This document shows positions 9,723 to 20,275 of a stretch of 32,000 nucleotides of DNA, one piece after another. The stretch comes from an uncultured Planctomycetia bacterium (GTDB taxonomy: Bacteria > Omnitrophota > Gorgyraeia > Duberdicusellales > 4484-171): contig CAZHYN010000002.1 in NCBI GenBank assembly GCA_964536865.1, positions 60,001 through 92,000 of the forward strand. Reading direction: 5' to 3'. The notes under the pieces are model-generated. The model was not told where the DNA came from and did no database searches. It saw nothing but the letters and a program-made list of their open reading frames with translations. Numbering within the stretch: position 1 is the stretch's first letter; every line of letters begins with the position of its first letter. The position numbers were made by a program, and so were the translations under genes.

Positions 9723-10965
9723 TAAATTCAGGGTAAAGAGGGAAATCTTCCAGTAATCTGTGAACTTCTCTCTTTATCTGATCTAACTTTTGAGAATCAT
9801 CCCGATATCTAACAGCTCTATCTATAAAATCAGAAATTATATCCATTTCTTTTTCTTTCATTCCTCGGGTAGTTACTGCAGGAGTTCCTATTCTTATCCC
9901 ACTGGTAATTTTTGGAGGATTGGGATCAAAAGGTATAAGGTTCTTATTTACAGTAATATCCACCTCCTCTAAAATGTCAGCACATTCTTTCCCTGTTAAA
10001 TCCTTGGGACGTAAGTCCACCAGGAAGAGATGAGTATCTGTACCTCCACTTACTATGCGATAACCTCTCTTTTCTAGAGATTCTGCAAAAGCTCTTGCAT
10101 TATCCAGAATTTTCCTCTGATACTCTCTAAATTCCTCAGTAAACGCTAACCCAAAAGCAACCGCTTTAGCAGCGATTATATGCATAAGAGGACCGCCTTG
10201 AACACCAGGAAATACTGCACTATCAATTTTTTTGGCGAACTCTTTTCTACACAGAATAAACCCTGCTCGTGGTCCTCTTAACGTCTTATGTGTGGTAGAG
10301 GTTACAAAATCTGCCAAGGGGGTGGGGTTAGGATAAAATCCTGCTGCTACCATCCCAGCAAAGTGAGCCATATCTACTAGAAAAAGTGCTCCTACTCTAT
10401 CACAAATTTTACGAAACTTTTCAAAGTCAATTATCCTAGGATAAGCGCTAGCCCCAGCAATAATCAGCTTGGGCTTATGTTTTAAGGCTAACTCCTCTAT
10501 CTCATTGTAATCCAAACTCTCAGTTTCACGGTTTAATCCATAAGCTATCACATTGTAAAATTTTCCACTAAAATTTAAAGGGTGACCATGAGAGAGATGC
10601 CCTCCACAAGCTAAATCCATAGCTAAAATTGTTTCCCCTACTTTCAAGGTAGCTAACATTACTGCCATATTTGCCTGTGTCCCTGAATGTGGCTGAACGT
10701 TGGCATGCTCGGCACCAAATAGTTTCTTTACTCTCTCTCTAGCTAAATCTTCAACTTCATCAACAAATTGGCAACCTCCGTACCAGCGAGCACGGGGATA
10801 ACCTTCGGCATACTTATTAGTAAGTGGGGAGCTAGCAGCTTCCAAAACTGCTAAAGGAGCAAAGTTTTCACTAGCAATAAGTTCAATTTGACTCTTCTGC
10901 CTTTTGATTTCTCTTAAAATACTTTTGTATACTTGAGGATCGATCTCCTTAAGATACTCAAACAC
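9709..10965 (-). CDS. glyA: Serine hydroxymethyltransferase
   Basis: [16 protein letters not shown] and the PLP-lysine motif [10 protein letters not shown]. 418 aa. Confidence 0.97.
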   Translation of the reverse strand: MFEYLKEIDPQVYKSILREIKRQKSQIELIASENFAPLAVLEAASSPLTNKYAEGYPRARWYGGCQFVDEVEDLARERVKKLFGAEHANVQPHSGTQANMAVMLATLKVGETILAMDLACGGHLSHGHPLNFSGKFYNVIAYGLNRETESLDYNEIEELALKHKPKLIIAGASAYPRIIDFEKFRKICDRVGALFLVDMAHFAGMVAAGFYPNPTPLADFVTSTTHKTLRGPRAGFILCRKEFAKKIDSAVFPGVQGGPLMHIIAAKAVAFGLAFTEEFREYQRKILDNARAFAESLEKRGYRIVSGGTDTHLFLVDLRPKDLTGKECADILEEVDITVNKNLIPFDPNPPKITSGIRIGTPAVTTRGMKEKEMDIISDFIDRAVRYRDDSQKLDQIKREVHRLLEDFPLYPEFNGKK

Positions 10966-11407
10966 TCTCCTCCTCCTCTATCAACCTAATTTTTCTTACC
11001 CGACGTAAGTGTCTGCCACCCTCAAACTCTATGTTTAACCATCGCCAGACAATTTTTTTTGCCAAAAGGAAAGTTAGAAATCCTGCACCTAACACAATGA
11101 TATTAGTATCGTTATGTCTTCTACTTAAAGTTGCTGTCCTTAAGTTGTAAACTAAACCCGCTCTTACCCCCTTAACTTTATTAGCACAAATACTACTGCC
11201 TATTCCTGTGTAACAGATAACGATTCCTTTATTTACTCTCCTATCCCTTACTGCCTTAGCTAAAGGGTAAACATAATCAGGGTAATCACAAGGTTCATTA
11301 GAATAAGTACCGTAATCAACCATGGATATATTCTTTGTTTTTAAAAACTCAATTAGAACATTCTTTAATTTAAACCCGCGATGATCACTAGCTATCCCCA
11401 CTCTCAT
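10958..11407 (-). CDS. rpiB: Ribose-5-phosphate isomerase B
   Basis: [15 protein letters not shown]...[13 protein letters not shown]. The track start at 11419 is a TTG. ATG 11407-11405 sits directly after the upstream stop and matches the family N-terminus. Confidence 0.9.
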   Translation of the reverse strand: MRVGIASDHRGFKLKNVLIEFLKTKNISMVDYGTYSNEPCDYPDYVYPLAKAVRDRRVNKGIVICYTGIGSSICANKVKGVRAGLVYNLRTATLSRRHNDTNIIVLGAGFLTFLLAKKIVWRWLNIEFEGGRHLRRVRKIRLIEEEESV

Positions 11408-11409
11408 AC

Positions 11410-12471
11410 TTATAACCAATCTCTTAATTCTAGAATTGCCTTCTTTATCAACTCATAAACTTGGAAGTAAACCTCGTAAGGTTTACCCATTGGATCAGGT
11501 ATGTCTTCCTCCATATCTAAAGGTAAAAATTTCTTCAGACAAAAAACCCTTGGCTCGGAAGTAGGCTCTAACTTCACAATGTGCTCTTTCTGAGCATCAC
11601 TCATAGTAAAAATCAAATCTGAAGAAAGGATGGTTCTTCTATCTAATCGTTTAGATTTATGGTTTTCTAAGACTATACCCTCCTCTTTTTTTAAAATCTC
11701 CGCTACAGTAGGAGATAAAGGAGAACCTTCCAAAGAATGAAGACCTCTAGAAATAATCTCATAACGCTGAAAGGTATGTGGGTCATACTCAGAGAGGTAT
11801 TTTTTTAAAAGGTACTCTCCCATTACTGAACGGCAAGTATTCCCTGTACATACAAAAACAATTCTCTTCTTCACATAGATATCTACTATTTCTTTAACAG
11901 AAACTACCCCTTCTCTTAGAATTTTAAAAGGGTGATAAGTCAAGTCTATCACTGTAGAAGGTTTAAAGTAAACAGGAGGGCCAGCGTCGACGATTAAATC
12001 TACATTCCCATCGAATTTTTCTTCCACTTCCTTAGCACTTACTGCTTCTTTTTCCCCACTCAGGTTAGCTGAAGGCAAATAAACAGGAGCACCTACTACT
12101 CGAAGAATCCCTGCTAAGATTTTATGAGCAGGTACTCTCACTCCTATCTTCTCTCCTTCTTTAGAGTAATACACCACAGTAAGAGGTCCTGGCCAGTACT
12201 TCTCTAACAAGCGATATCCATAAGGAGGAAGAATAGAAAGAAAGGAAAGAGCTTTCTCCACGTCAGGCGTATGTAAACTAAAAGGTTTGTTAGGATCTCT
12301 TTGCTTAATCTGGTATAATCTCTCTACCGCCGATTTATTAGTGGAGAGGGCAGCTAAACCGTAAACAGTTTCAGTAGGAAGAGCGACAATCCCTCCTTTC
12401 ATAAGAATCTCTTTTACTTCCTTCCCCAAAAATGGAATATCTCCAGAAGCTAAGGCATCCAATTTTTTCAT
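11410..12471 (-). CDS. L-threonylcarbamoyladenylate synthase (TsaC/YrdC domain) fused to a low-molecular-weight phosphatase (YwlE-like)
   Basis: N-terminal LPTETVYGLAA YrdC motif. C-terminal VFVCTGNTCRS (C-X5-R-S P-loop) and DIPDPMG (DP loop). ATGA overlap with purE. Confidence 0.85.
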   Translation of the reverse strand: MKKLDALASGDIPFLGKEVKEILMKGGIVALPTETVYGLAALSTNKSAVERLYQIKQRDPNKPFSLHTPDVEKALSFLSILPPYGYRLLEKYWPGPLTVVYYSKEGEKIGVRVPAHKILAGILRVVGAPVYLPSANLSGEKEAVSAKEVEEKFDGNVDLIVDAGPPVYFKPSTVIDLTYHPFKILREGVVSVKEIVDIYVKKRIVFVCTGNTCRSVMGEYLLKKYLSEYDPHTFQRYEIISRGLHSLEGSPLSPTVAEILKKEEGIVLENHKSKRLDRRTILSSDLIFTMSDAQKEHIVKLEPTSEPRVFCLKKFLPLDMEEDIPDPMGKPYEVYFQVYELIKKAILELRDWL

Positions 12472-12938
12472 CTCTTAAATTTCTCTTCCATTCGCCTAAG
12501 AATCTCTGCATAATCCTTATAGAAGAGAGTAAGGATTTTTAAAGAAAAAATTACTCCATTGATAAACCCCTTCTTCCCTATTCCTGTAGAAACTAAGCCA
12601 ACTCCCTTAGGGACCTCAGCGATAGAAAAAAGACTCTCCACCCCCTTTAAAGGACCAGAATCTAAGGGGACCCCAATAACAGGAATATCTAAATAGGAGG
12701 CAACCACTCCAGGTAGTGCAGCAGAGAGTCCTGCACAAGCAATAATAATCTCTATACCTTCTTTTTTAGCATGTTTACAAAAATTTTGCAGTTTATAAGG
12801 AGAGCGATGAGCAGAAATTACCTCTAATCGGTAAGGACAATTTATATCTTTTAAAAGGTTAAATACCTCTGTTAATCTCTCTAAGTCCGATTTACTACCT
12901 AAGAGAATAGCAATTTTAGGCTTTTCCTTCCTTCTCAT
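12468..12938 (-). CDS. purE: PurE (N5-CAIR mutase / AIR carboxylase catalytic subunit)
   Basis: KIAILLGSKSD, SAHRSP and AGLSAALPGVVAS...PVIGVP motifs. 156 aa. Confidence 0.9.
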   Translation of the reverse strand: MRRKEKPKIAILLGSKSDLERLTEVFNLLKDINCPYRLEVISAHRSPYKLQNFCKHAKKEGIEIIIACAGLSAALPGVVASYLDIPVIGVPLDSGPLKGVESLFSIAEVPKGVGLVSTGIGKKGFINGVIFSLKILTLFYKDYAEILRRMEEKFKR

Positions 12939-12959
12939 ATTTTCCTTAATTTTATCTTC

Positions 12960-14255
12960 TTATGATAAAAATTTCAATCCTTTATTTCCTATATCTTGGC
13001 GATAATGCATCCCTTCAAAAGAGATCTTTTTTATAGCAGAGTAGACTTTTTCTTGAGCTCTGCGAAAATCAGAATCCAAACCTACAATATTAAGAACTCT
13101 TCCTCCGTTAGTGACGAAAAAATTACTTCCTGTCTGAGTATCGAGAACTTTTTTTGTTCCTGCATGAAATACAAGAATATCCTCTAACTTCTCTAAACTT
13201 TCTAAGCCATTGATTATTTTTCCTTTCTCATATTTTCCTGGATAACCTCCCGAAGCTAAAACTACACAGATACAGAAACGCTGATCCCAAACTAAATTTA
13301 TTCTCCTTAGTTTCCCTTCGATGTTAGCTAATATAACCTCTACTAAATCACTCCTCAATTTAGGTAGAATTGCTTGCGTCTCCGGATCACCAAAGCGTAC
13401 ATTAAACTCCAGCAAGTAAGGTTCCCCTTCAGTAATCATTAAACCTAGATAAATAATTCCCTTATAAACCTTATTCTCCTTCTTTAGTCCCTTAACTAAG
13501 GGAGAGAGAATCTTGTCTTCAATTTTTGAAAAAACCAAATCCCCCACTAAAGGAGCAGGAGCATATGCTCCCATTCCTCCTGTATTGGGTCCTTGATCAT
13601 TGTCAAATACAGGTTTATGATCCTGAGAAGTCACTAAAGGCAAAAATGTATCGCTATCTAAAAAAGCTAATAAAGATGCCTCCTCTCCTTCTAAAAAATC
13701 TTCAACTACAACTTTCTCTCCTGCTGCTCCAAACTCTTTATTAATCATTATCCGCTGTATAGCTTCTCTAGCCTGGGAAAGGTTGTGGCAGATAATTGCC
13801 CCTTTCCCTCCTGCTAACCCGTCAGCTTTCACTACACAGGGGAAATCACATCTTTCTATATAGCTAAATGCCTTACCAGCATTATCAAAAATCTCAAAAT
13901 CTGCAGTAGGTATCCCATACCTTCTCATAAATTGCTTAGCAAAAACTTTACTTCCTTCTAAAATAGCTACGTCTTTTGTAGGGCCGAAAATTTTTAATCC
14001 TCTCTTATTAAATTCATCTACAATACCTTCTACTAAAGGAGCCTCTGGACCTACAACAGTAAGATCAACTCTCTCCCTTAAAGCGAATTTTACCATTCCT
14101 TCTATATCTTTAGGTTGGATATCCACGTTTTCTGCAAGAAGAGCTGTGCCTCCATTACCAGGAGCGCAGAATACCTTATCTACGTAAGAAGAGTTTTTAA
14201 TCTTATAAACTAAGCAGTGTTCTCGTCCTCCTCCTCCTATCACCAAGACCTTCAT
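12960..14255 (-). CDS. purD: Phosphoribosylamine-glycine ligase
   Basis: MKVLVIGGGGREH start, ATP-grasp core, GDPETQ motif. 431 aa. Confidence 0.95.
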   Translation of the reverse strand: MKVLVIGGGGREHCLVYKIKNSSYVDKVFCAPGNGGTALLAENVDIQPKDIEGMVKFALRERVDLTVVGPEAPLVEGIVDEFNKRGLKIFGPTKDVAILEGSKVFAKQFMRRYGIPTADFEIFDNAGKAFSYIERCDFPCVVKADGLAGGKGAIICHNLSQAREAIQRIMINKEFGAAGEKVVVEDFLEGEEASLLAFLDSDTFLPLVTSQDHKPVFDNDQGPNTGGMGAYAPAPLVGDLVFSKIEDKILSPLVKGLKKENKVYKGIIYLGLMITEGEPYLLEFNVRFGDPETQAILPKLRSDLVEVILANIEGKLRRINLVWDQRFCICVVLASGGYPGKYEKGKIINGLESLEKLEDILVFHAGTKKVLDTQTGSNFFVTNGGRVLNIVGLDSDFRRAQEKVYSAIKKISFEGMHYRQDIGNKGLKFLS

Positions 14256-14267
14256 CCTTCCTCCTAT

Positions 14268-15275
14268 TTAAACAAATTTTATCTTCTCCTTTGTCTTTGC
14301 CACTTCTCCAATAAGATAAACAGGACAAAATCTTTGGAGAGTATTTACGATTTTCTTAACATCCTTCCTATTCACTACTAGAATCATCCCTATACCCATG
14401 TTAAATACTGAATACATCTCTCTATCATCTATATTGGCTTTCTCTTGAATAACTTTAAAAATTTTAGGAACGGGCCAACTCTCTTTCTCTAATATCACGC
14501 CATAACCAGAAGGGATTATCTTAGTAAGCTTGCTGTAAAAAGCTCCTCCAGTAATATGAGCAACTCCTTTGACCTTAGAAAAGTATCTTTTATTATTTAA
14601 AAGATTACAGATAGCTCTTACATAAATACGTGTGGGTTTAAGTAACTGTTGAGCGTAATATTTTATTTCTTTTTTAGAAAAAACTCTTCTTACCAGGGAG
14701 AAACCATTGGAATGTAATCCATTAGAAGCCAAACCCACCAGTAGATTCCCTTCACGAATACCCCTGCCATCAATTATTTTTTCTCTGCTAACTACTCCTA
14801 AACAAAAACCAGCTAAGTCGTACTCATCTTTTTCATACATACCTGGCATCTCTGCAGTCTCTCCCCCTATAAGAAGACAACTCGCTTCTCTTAGAGCTTT
14901 TTTTATCCCTATCAAAACTTCTCTTAAAATTAAAATGTTTAATCTTCCGCAAGCGATGTAATCAGAAAAGAAAAGAGGAGTTGCCCCCAGAGAGATGATA
15001 TCGTTTACATTCATCGCTACTAAATCTATTCCTACGCTACGATGGTAGTTAAGGTATTGAGCAATCTTTAGTTTTGTCCCTACTCCATCACAAGAGGAAA
15101 CAAGAAGAGGATTTTTGTATTTCTCAATCACTCTTTTTAAAGGGAAGAAAGAACCAAAAGCAGAAACTCTTTCTATTCTTCTCTCTGGAAAGAGCTTTTT
15201 AATTACATCCACTAAATCTTCTCCTTTTTTTATATCTACCCCACAACTTTTATAAGTCAGCTTTTCCCTATCCAT
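14268..15275 (-). CDS. purM: Phosphoribosylformylglycinamidine cyclo-ligase (AIR synthetase)
   Basis: YKSCGVDI, DGVGTKLKIA and GGETAEMPG motifs. 335 aa. Confidence 0.95.
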   Translation of the reverse strand: MDREKLTYKSCGVDIKKGEDLVDVIKKLFPERRIERVSAFGSFFPLKRVIEKYKNPLLVSSCDGVGTKLKIAQYLNYHRSVGIDLVAMNVNDIISLGATPLFFSDYIACGRLNILILREVLIGIKKALREASCLLIGGETAEMPGMYEKDEYDLAGFCLGVVSREKIIDGRGIREGNLLVGLASNGLHSNGFSLVRRVFSKKEIKYYAQQLLKPTRIYVRAICNLLNNKRYFSKVKGVAHITGGAFYSKLTKIIPSGYGVILEKESWPVPKIFKVIQEKANIDDREMYSVFNMGIGMILVVNRKDVKKIVNTLQRFCPVYLIGEVAKTKEKIKFV

Positions 15276-16035
15276 GGCTAAAATAGTTTACCGCATTCTC
15301 AAATATCTTCCTCCCAAAAGGGTAGGTTGCATCTTTCTGCCAATGAGGATGATGATGGGGGAAGAGAAACCTTTCAGGATGAGGCATAAGCCCTAACACT
15401 CTTCCTGTAGAATCACTTATCCCTGCAATCCCATTTAAGGAGCCGTTGGGATTATAAGGATAAAGAGCTAGGTTGCCACTTTTATCTACATATCTTAGAA
15501 CCACCTGATTATTGGCTTCTATCTTCTCTAAAGTATGAAAATCGGTGTAGAATTTACCTTCCCCATGAGCTACCGGTAAAGTTATCAAAGGAGGAAGGTC
15601 CTTAAACCATATGGAAAGAGCGGAAGAAGAGACTACCCTAAGGTAAACCCATCTATCTTCAAAACGTCCCGAATCGTTAAAAGTGAGAGTAGCTTTCTGA
15701 TAAAACTCTAAGTAGGGTAGAATACCACTTTTTAAAAGAATCTGAAAACCGTTACATATCCCTAAAATAAGTCCCCCTTTACTTAAGAACCTTTCTATCT
15801 CTTCTTTAAACCAGAGAAGAATCTCTATGGAGAAAATTTTACCTGCCCCTAAGTTATCTCCATAGCTGAATCCCCCAGGCAGACAGAGAATTTGGTAGCT
15901 AGTGATGTTCTTTTCCTCCTTCACTCTGTTGATATGGTAAAGGTAGGTATCTGCTCCTGCTAACCGAAAGGCAAACTCTGTCTCTCTGTCGCAATTAGTA
16001 CCTGCTGTTCTTAAAATCAATACTCTGGGTTTCAT
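15268..16035 (-). CDS. purQ: FGAM synthase glutaminase subunit PurQ
   Basis: LPGGFSYGD, nucleophile GICNGFQ, MPHPER. 255 aa. Confidence 0.92.
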   Translation of the reverse strand: MKPRVLILRTAGTNCDRETEFAFRLAGADTYLYHINRVKEEKNITSYQILCLPGGFSYGDNLGAGKIFSIEILLWFKEEIERFLSKGGLILGICNGFQILLKSGILPYLEFYQKATLTFNDSGRFEDRWVYLRVVSSSALSIWFKDLPPLITLPVAHGEGKFYTDFHTLEKIEANNQVVLRYVDKSGNLALYPYNPNGSLNGIAGISDSTGRVLGLMPHPERFLFPHHHPHWQKDATYPFGRKIFENAVNYFSHG

Positions 16036-18920
16036 CGAAACTCCTTAAAAGTACTAAGCCATGCTTTTTTTGCTTCAGATACGCTAAAATCCACAATTTT
16101 CTTTCCCTCATTATTATAAAAAATTATTCTCTCCTCAGAAGAAGTGCACCCTATGAGTCCTAAAGGAACCCCCTGCATTACCTTTTGGAAACTCTCTCTT
16201 TTGTCTTTTTTGACTTCTACGATAAACCTTGTAGGTGACTCAGAAAATAGAATTTCATAACTTAACATCCCTAAACTATGAGGAGTTTCCTCTAAAAAAA
16301 TACTTGCCCCTAAACTGCCTCCTATGCACATCTCAGAAATTGCTACTCCTAACCCTCCTTCAGAACAATCATGACATGATTCTACTAAATCTTTCTCAAT
16401 TGCTTCACTAACTCTTAAGAAAATCTCTTTTGCATAATCTCTTACCTTGGGTATGCATCCTCCCTCTATTTTTAACTTTCTAAAGTACTCAGAAGCTCCT
16501 AACTCAGGGTAAGTAGTACCCACAATATAGATTAAATTATCAGAGTTCTTAAAATAATTCTTTAATACTCTGCGCCAATCACTGATAATAGAGACCGCAG
16601 AAATGAGAAGAGTTCCTGGAATGGAGATTCTTCTGTCTCCCACTAAATATTCATTAAAAAGACTATCTTTACCAGAGATAAAAGGCGTTGAAAACCTTAC
16701 AGCAAAATCATAACAAGCAGAACTTGCTCTTACTAACCCTGCTAAAATTCGCTCATCGTTGGGAGAGCCCCAACTAAAGTTATCTAAAAGGAAAGTCTTT
16801 CCTAACTTTCCTCCCACAGAAATTACATTCCTTATCGCCTCATCGATAGAGAGAGCTGCCATCCAGTAAGGGTCAATATCGGAATAGAAAGGATTTATCC
16901 CTATCCCTATTGCGATACATTCTTCGCTCTCCAAATCGGGCCTTATCACACTAGCATCACTTACCGCAAACTTTTCCTGATTGAGAATGGGTTTAACTAC
17001 ACTGGCTCCTTGAACTTCGTGGTCATACTCAGTAACAATCCAATCTTTAGGAGATACATTGAAAGAAGCTAACAGTTGCTTCAAGTCTTGAGTATAATCC
17101 AACTTCTCTTTTATCTTAATATCTTTTTCTTCTTTTTTAATCCATACTGCTTTCTTCTTAAAGCGAGGGATACGAAAAAGAAAATCCATATCCAGCTCAC
17201 ATACTTTTTTATCCTGATAAAAAAGAGTCAATTTTCTATCAGAAGTTACTTCTCCAATTACTGTTAACTCCACTTCCTCACGATCAAATACTTCTCTCAA
17301 TTCCTTTAGCTTTTCCTTTTGTGTAAATATAACCATCCTCTCTTGAGACTCGGAAATCCAAATCTCGGTATAAGTCAAACCTTTATATTTTAAGGGAACT
17401 CTATCTAAGTAAACTTTTGCTCCCCACTCTTTAGATAACTCACTAACTGCACTACTTAATCCCCCTGCTCCGCAGTCAGTTATAGCAGAGAATAAACCTT
17501 TATCTCTTGCTCTGATGAGAGCTTCCATAAGTTTCTTTTCCTCAATAGGATTGCCAATCTGCACCGCACTTCTTAAACTCACCGTATCTTCAGCTAGCTC
17601 TGTGGAGGAAAAAGTAGCTCCGTGAATTCCATCACGACCTGTCTTTGCTCCACAGATGATAATTAAGTCTCCTGGTTTTACCTCTTTAAATGACTTTTCT
17701 TTAGGTATCAATCCTAAACTACCACAGTAGACTAAAGGGTTACCTAAAAAACGCTCATCAAAGATTACTGCTCCCGCAACGGTAGGGATACCCATCTTAT
17801 TCCCATAGTCTCTTACTCCCTTTACCACTCCTTTTATAATCCTCTTAGGATGGAGTACTCCTTTAGGTAAATCTTGATAAGAAATCTGCCAAGGAGCAAA
17901 ACAAAAAACATCTATGGAAGCTATTGGTTTAGCACATTGTCCTGTACCTAAGATATCTCTTATCACTCCTCCAATGCCTGTAGAAGAACCTCCGTAAGGT
18001 TCTAAACTGGAGGGATGATTGTGAGTTTCTACTTTAAAACAAAGATTAAAAGTTTGATTAAATTTTACTATCCCGGCATTGTCTTCAAATACAGAAACAC
18101 AATCACAGGAATCTATTTGGTAGGTAGCTTTCATTACTGTGCTCTTTAGAAGATTATCGATTGTCTCCTTCTTTAAAAGATGATAATCTTTGTCTCTTTC
18201 CTCATATTCAATTATCCCTTTAAAAGTTTTATGAGCACAGTGTTCTGACCAAGTCTGAGCAATAGTCTCTAACTCACAGTCCGTAGGATTCCTTCCTATA
18301 TTTTTAAAGTAATCCTTGATTACCTTCATCTCGTCTAAATTTAGAGAAAGAAAATTCTCCTTAGAAACTCTCTCCAGCTCTTCATCAGCCATATTTAAAA
18401 CATCCACAACTTTGAGATTAAACTCATACTCTTTTCCTAAAAAACTATCTAAAGTAACTAAATTCTTAAACCGATCATACTCTATTAAGTGCTCAATCAA
18501 AGGATTATAAAGTAAGTGTGGGGCTAAAGATAGAATATCTTCTCTTTTTAAACCAGTAAATTTATAAAAACGTGCGGTTCTGATATTCTTTGCCTTTATA
18601 TTTAGATCCTGAAAAGCTTTATTTAAAGAGATAGCTACCTCATCACATACTCCAGGATGGTAGGTAATAATAATCTCATCATCTTGAGGTTTATCTTCAA
18701 ATAAACAACTAGCTATGGTATAAGTTTCTGTGATCATATCGATAAGGAGCAAAGAAGCAATCCTCTCTACTGTGGAACGATCAAAATCACCTTCTATCAG
18801 ATAAATTTTTCTCAACTCTAGAGATGGTAATCTTTCTAAATGGAGATATTCCTTGATCTGATAAGCTAAATCTTTTAGATTTTTATCCTCCTTAGAAAAA
18901 ACATCTATTCGCCAGACCAT
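16032..18920 (-). CDS. purL: FGAM synthase subunit PurL with ~190-aa N-terminal tandem PurS-like extension (PurSL)
   Basis: The core starts near residue 190 with GRNPTDCELETIAQTWSEHCAHKTF. It then has the HNHPS motif and AIR-synthase-like repeats. At 962 aa it is about 220 aa longer than a stand-alone small PurL. No separate purS ORF is present. Confidence 0.9.
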   Translation of the reverse strand: MVWRIDVFSKEDKNLKDLAYQIKEYLHLERLPSLELRKIYLIEGDFDRSTVERIASLLLIDMITETYTIASCLFEDKPQDDEIIITYHPGVCDEVAISLNKAFQDLNIKAKNIRTARFYKFTGLKREDILSLAPHLLYNPLIEHLIEYDRFKNLVTLDSFLGKEYEFNLKVVDVLNMADEELERVSKENFLSLNLDEMKVIKDYFKNIGRNPTDCELETIAQTWSEHCAHKTFKGIIEYEERDKDYHLLKKETIDNLLKSTVMKATYQIDSCDCVSVFEDNAGIVKFNQTFNLCFKVETHNHPSSLEPYGGSSTGIGGVIRDILGTGQCAKPIASIDVFCFAPWQISYQDLPKGVLHPKRIIKGVVKGVRDYGNKMGIPTVAGAVIFDERFLGNPLVYCGSLGLIPKEKSFKEVKPGDLIIICGAKTGRDGIHGATFSSTELAEDTVSLRSAVQIGNPIEEKKLMEALIRARDKGLFSAITDCGAGGLSSAVSELSKEWGAKVYLDRVPLKYKGLTYTEIWISESQERMVIFTQKEKLKELREVFDREEVELTVIGEVTSDRKLTLFYQDKKVCELDMDFLFRIPRFKKKAVWIKKEEKDIKIKEKLDYTQDLKQLLASFNVSPKDWIVTEYDHEVQGASVVKPILNQEKFAVSDASVIRPDLESEECIAIGIGINPFYSDIDPYWMAALSIDEAIRNVISVGGKLGKTFLLDNFSWGSPNDERILAGLVRASSACYDFAVRFSTPFISGKDSLFNEYLVGDRRISIPGTLLISAVSIISDWRRVLKNYFKNSDNLIYIVGTTYPELGASEYFRKLKIEGGCIPKVRDYAKEIFLRVSEAIEKDLVESCHDCSEGGLGVAISEMCIGGSLGASIFLEETPHSLGMLSYEILFSESPTRFIVEVKKDKRESFQKVMQGVPLGLIGCTSSEERIIFYNNEGKKIVDFSVSEAKKAWLSTFKEFR

Positions 18921-18947
18921 AGATAAGATTTTTGATTTTTGAGGGAA

Positions 18948-20240
18948 TTAACCAAAAATTCGCTTGTAGATTTTATCTATCCTCTTAAGATGTTCGTAAG
19001 GGTTAAATATTTCTTCTAACTCCTTGGTAGTCAAGTAGTTTCTAATTCGTCTATCTTTAAAAATTTGCCTTTTGAAATCTAAACCTTGATTAACTACTTT
19101 TAGAGAAATGTCTTGTACAAGGTCATAAGCTTTAACACGTGAGAGTCCCTTTTCCATCAATTTAAGAAGGATTTTCTGAGAGTAAATTAATCCTCGATTT
19201 AGTTCAATATTTTTGAGCATATTCTGGGGATTCACTCTAAGATTTTTTACAATCTCAACCATCTTCTGAATCATATAATCCAAAACTATAGTACTATCAG
19301 GAATGATTATCCGTTCTCCTGAAGAGTGGGAGATATCTCTCTCATGCCATAAGTTTATATTCTCAAAGGCAGTAATCATATATCCTCTAAGAAGACGGGC
19401 TAGTCCACATATCCTCTCACTTACGATAGGGTTCTGTTTATGAGGCATACTAGAAGAACCCTTCTGTCCCTTATAAAAAGGCTCTTTAGCCTCCTCAACC
19501 TCGGTGCGGTGGAGATGTCTTATCTCAGTAGCAAACCTCTCTAGAGTTGCTCCTATCAAAGCTAAAAGGGAAAGATAGTAAGCAAATCTTTCTCGAGAAA
19601 CAATTTGAGTAGAAATAGGACTATAACTTATACCTATCTTTTTGCAAATATACTCCTCTATCTTCGGTTGTAGATAAGCGAAGGTGCCTACTGCTCCGGA
19701 AACCTTCCCCGTACAGACAAGCCTTAAACTTTCCTGAAGTAACTGAAACTCTTCTTTTAGGTCGTTGTAAAGATAAGCAAACTTTAATCCAAAGCTATAA
19801 ATCTCTGCATGCACTCCATGAGTCCTTGCTACGCATAAGGTATTTTTAAATTTAAGTGCTTTCTTCTTAACTTCTCTCATAAGAAGAGTCAAATCAGTTA
19901 AGATAATTTTAGTAGCATCTTTTATCTGCCAAACTAAAGTAGTATCTAACAAGTCACTAGAGGTAAGACCGAAATGTAAATATCGAGAGTATCTTCCCAA
20001 AGAGGAAGATACTTGATTTATAAAAGCCACAATATCGTGATGAGTTTGTTCTTCTATCTTCTTTATTTTCTTAAGGGAGAGCTTTGCCCTTTTACGAATT
20101 ACCTCACTTACTCCTTTAGGAATCTGATTAAATTTTTCCTTAGCCTCGCAGAGAAGAATCTCTATCTCTAAAAAACGTCTGAATTTCTCTTCCTCTTTCC
20201 AGATAGCTCCTATTTTCTTGGGAGTATACCTTTCTATCAT
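18948..20240 (-). CDS. purB: Adenylosuccinate lyase
   Basis: MIERYTPKKIGAIW family N-terminus and the KGSSSMPHKQNP fumarate-lyase signature. 430 aa. Confidence 0.95.
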   Translation of the reverse strand: MIERYTPKKIGAIWKEEEKFRRFLEIEILLCEAKEKFNQIPKGVSEVIRKRAKLSLKKIKKIEEQTHHDIVAFINQVSSSLGRYSRYLHFGLTSSDLLDTTLVWQIKDATKIILTDLTLLMREVKKKALKFKNTLCVARTHGVHAEIYSFGLKFAYLYNDLKEEFQLLQESLRLVCTGKVSGAVGTFAYLQPKIEEYICKKIGISYSPISTQIVSRERFAYYLSLLALIGATLERFATEIRHLHRTEVEEAKEPFYKGQKGSSSMPHKQNPIVSERICGLARLLRGYMITAFENINLWHERDISHSSGERIIIPDSTIVLDYMIQKMVEIVKNLRVNPQNMLKNIELNRGLIYSQKILLKLMEKGLSRVKAYDLVQDISLKVVNQGLDFKRQIFKDRRIRNYLTTKELEEIFNPYEHLKRIDKIYKRIFG

Positions 20241-20246
20241 CGGGGT

Positions 20247-20275
20247 ATATTATCAAAATAATCTCTCTACGTCAA
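20247..20275 (-). promoter_or_regulatory. Sigma-70-like promoter TTGACG-17 nt-TAATAT, with the -10 box ending 6 nt before the purB ATG
   Basis: Minus strand: TTGACG (20275-20270), 17-nt spacer, TAATAT (20252-20247), ACCCCG, then ATG (20240). There is no Shine-Dalgarno sequence in between. Confidence 0.4.
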
